In this document: in pieces, positions 62,773-64,000 of the stretch
Layout: each line of letters starts with the position of its first letter
Numbering within the stretch: position 1 is the stretch's first letter
From: Nemertoderma westbladi
Lineage: Eukaryota > Animalia > Xenacoelomorpha
Direction of reading: 5' to 3'
Length of the DNA: 64,000 nt
Assembly: GCA_032718475.1 (NCBI GenBank)
Contig: JAUCBJ010000315.1
Coordinates: 26,858 to 90,857, forward strand
The notes under the pieces: model-generated
What the model saw: the letters and a program-made list of their open reading frames with translations, nothing else
The model's database searches: none
Told to the model about the DNA's origin: nothing
Made by a program: the position numbers and the translations under genes

Positions 62773-64000
62773 ATGTCTGACGCAAAGCAGAATCTGTCAG
62801 ACAGTCTACTAGATACAACCGAGAGCGAAGTGACAGCAGAGAAACCGCATAAGAGGGATGCCATTGACATCTATCTGTCAGACTATCAACGTTTTTTAGG
62901 TGATGACGAGTTGAGGAGAAGGTTAGAGGGACTTAGCCCTAATAGTGAAGGAACCAAGCTTGTGTTGGATGCCATCGATGTGGAAATGAGAGCTGCGAAT
63001 CAGGCTAAATTCGATGAACAACTCCGCATCGCTAGAGACCAAGAGGAAAGGGTTAAGAAAAAACGTATAGAAGACAGAAAGGCAGCGGCAGTAGCAGCAG
63101 CAGTGGCATCGGCAGAAGCGGAAAGAAAGGCGGCAGCGGCAGAGGCAGAGGCAGAAGCGGGAAGAAAGGCGGCAGCGGCAGAGGCCGAAGCGGAAAGAAA
63201 GGCGGCAGCGGCAGAGGCCGAAGCGGAAAGAAAGGCGGCAGCGGCAGAGGCCGAAGTGGAAAGAAAAGTGGCAGAGGCAGTAGCAGAAGCAGAACGGAGA
63301 GCGACTGAAGAAATCACCCAGTTAGAATTGGAAAACATTCAGGAGAATCAAGACTGCATAAATAAACAGTTAACAGCTAGCAATATGCAGATGATGAATC
63401 GATCTACTCCCAAACGACAGGGATATACATCATCTGAGGAAGGTGATACCACCGATACTGAAGGCAAAGGAAATAGATCTCGTTTAAGAAGACGTAAAAG
63501 AACATTCCACCGTCAGAAATTGCCTGATTTGCCTCCAGCTGTTAGAAGGCAACTAAATAACACCAACTTAGGTAGTACAGAGCCCACAGACCAAATAATT
63601 AAAATAGAAAGACTCCCTACTATAGTAGATGAGCCTGAAATAATTAGGCCTGTTCTTGAAATCACCCCTTCGGTGATAGACATACCTGTGCTCCCTGAGA
63701 CTACCTCTAAATTCCCTTTGCATAGCACTAAGCTACCTGTGCCCCGTAGAACTGCCCCGGATACAGTTCAGGTCCTGGACCCCGAGCGAATTATTCATAA
63801 TTTGTCGCCCGTTGTCCCTCGTCCGCCCGCTACAACGTTGGCGACTCCCGCTTCGGCGGTCGAATGGGTGGACGAGAGACGGCGGGGGAGGGATATCCTG
63901 CTCGGGCAGATGCAGGAGACTGTCCAGCAATTCAAGGGCACAGTAAGGGAAAGTAGGCTAGAGTTGCAAGAAGTGCAGCAAAGTATCGCGCTCGAACGCG
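62773..64000 (+). CDS. gag of the second BEL/Pao element (open to window end)
   Basis: MSDAKQNLSDSLLDTTESEVTAEKPHKRDAIDIYLSDYQRF...; not in the ORF track because no stop occurs inside the window. Confidence 0.9.
   Translation, partial: MSDAKQNLSDSLLDTTESEVTAEKPHKRDAIDIYLSDYQRFLGDDELRRRLEGLSPNSEGTKLVLDAIDVEMRAANQAKFDEQLRIARDQEERVKKKRIEDRKAAAVAAAVASAEAERKAAAAEAEAEAGRKAAAAEAEAERKAAAAEAEAERKAAAAEAEVERKVAEAVAEAERRATEEITQLELENIQENQDCINKQLTASNMQMMNRSTPKRQGYTSSEEGDTTDTEGKGNRSRLRRRKRTFHRQKLPDLPPAVRRQLNNTNLGSTEPTDQIIKIERLPTIVDEPEIIRPVLEITPSVIDIPVLPETTSKFPLHSTKLPVPRRTAPDTVQVLDPERIIHNLSPVVPRPPATTLATPASAVEWVDERRRGRDILLGQMQETVQQFKGTVRESRLELQEVQQSIALER

Larger units (their letters stand above)
59204..64000 (+). 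mobile_element. Second, diverged BEL/Pao element (5' LTR 59204-60392, leader, gag), truncated by the window end
   Basis: LTR runs TGTAAAAGC...GCGCGAACA; leader and gag are homologous to 42177-46383 in reverse; the U3 part is strongly diverged. Confidence 0.93.

Overview
This is AT-rich, repeat-dense animal (probably invertebrate) genomic DNA. Host genes are two inverted copies of a three-exon NeuroD-family bHLH gene (1381-2694 minus, frameshifted in exon 3; 29355-30907 plus, intact), an intronless Cys-rich, probably GPI-anchored surface protein, and an intronless SLC35G/EamA-type transporter. The rest is a triplicated segment filled with nested transposons. These include a young BEL/Pao LTR element (32107-47610), the 5' part of a diverged relative (59204 to window end), a full-length CRE-clade RLE retrotransposon, RTE and L2/CR1-group LINE pieces, tRNA-derived SINEs, and piggyBac-, hAT- and Helentron-like non-autonomous elements. 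Two signals stand out. (1) Both BEL/Pao elements lack a tRNA primer-binding site. The 12 nt after the 5' LTR are instead perfectly complementary to a 12-mer inside their own LTR, with two compensatory substitutions between the elements, which suggests Tf1-like self-primed reverse transcription. (2) Four different poly(A)-tailed inserts, two of them CRE-like, sit at the same AGTA^CT position of an 8/11-bp minisatellite, in both orientations. All coordinates were read by eye and no database searches were run.
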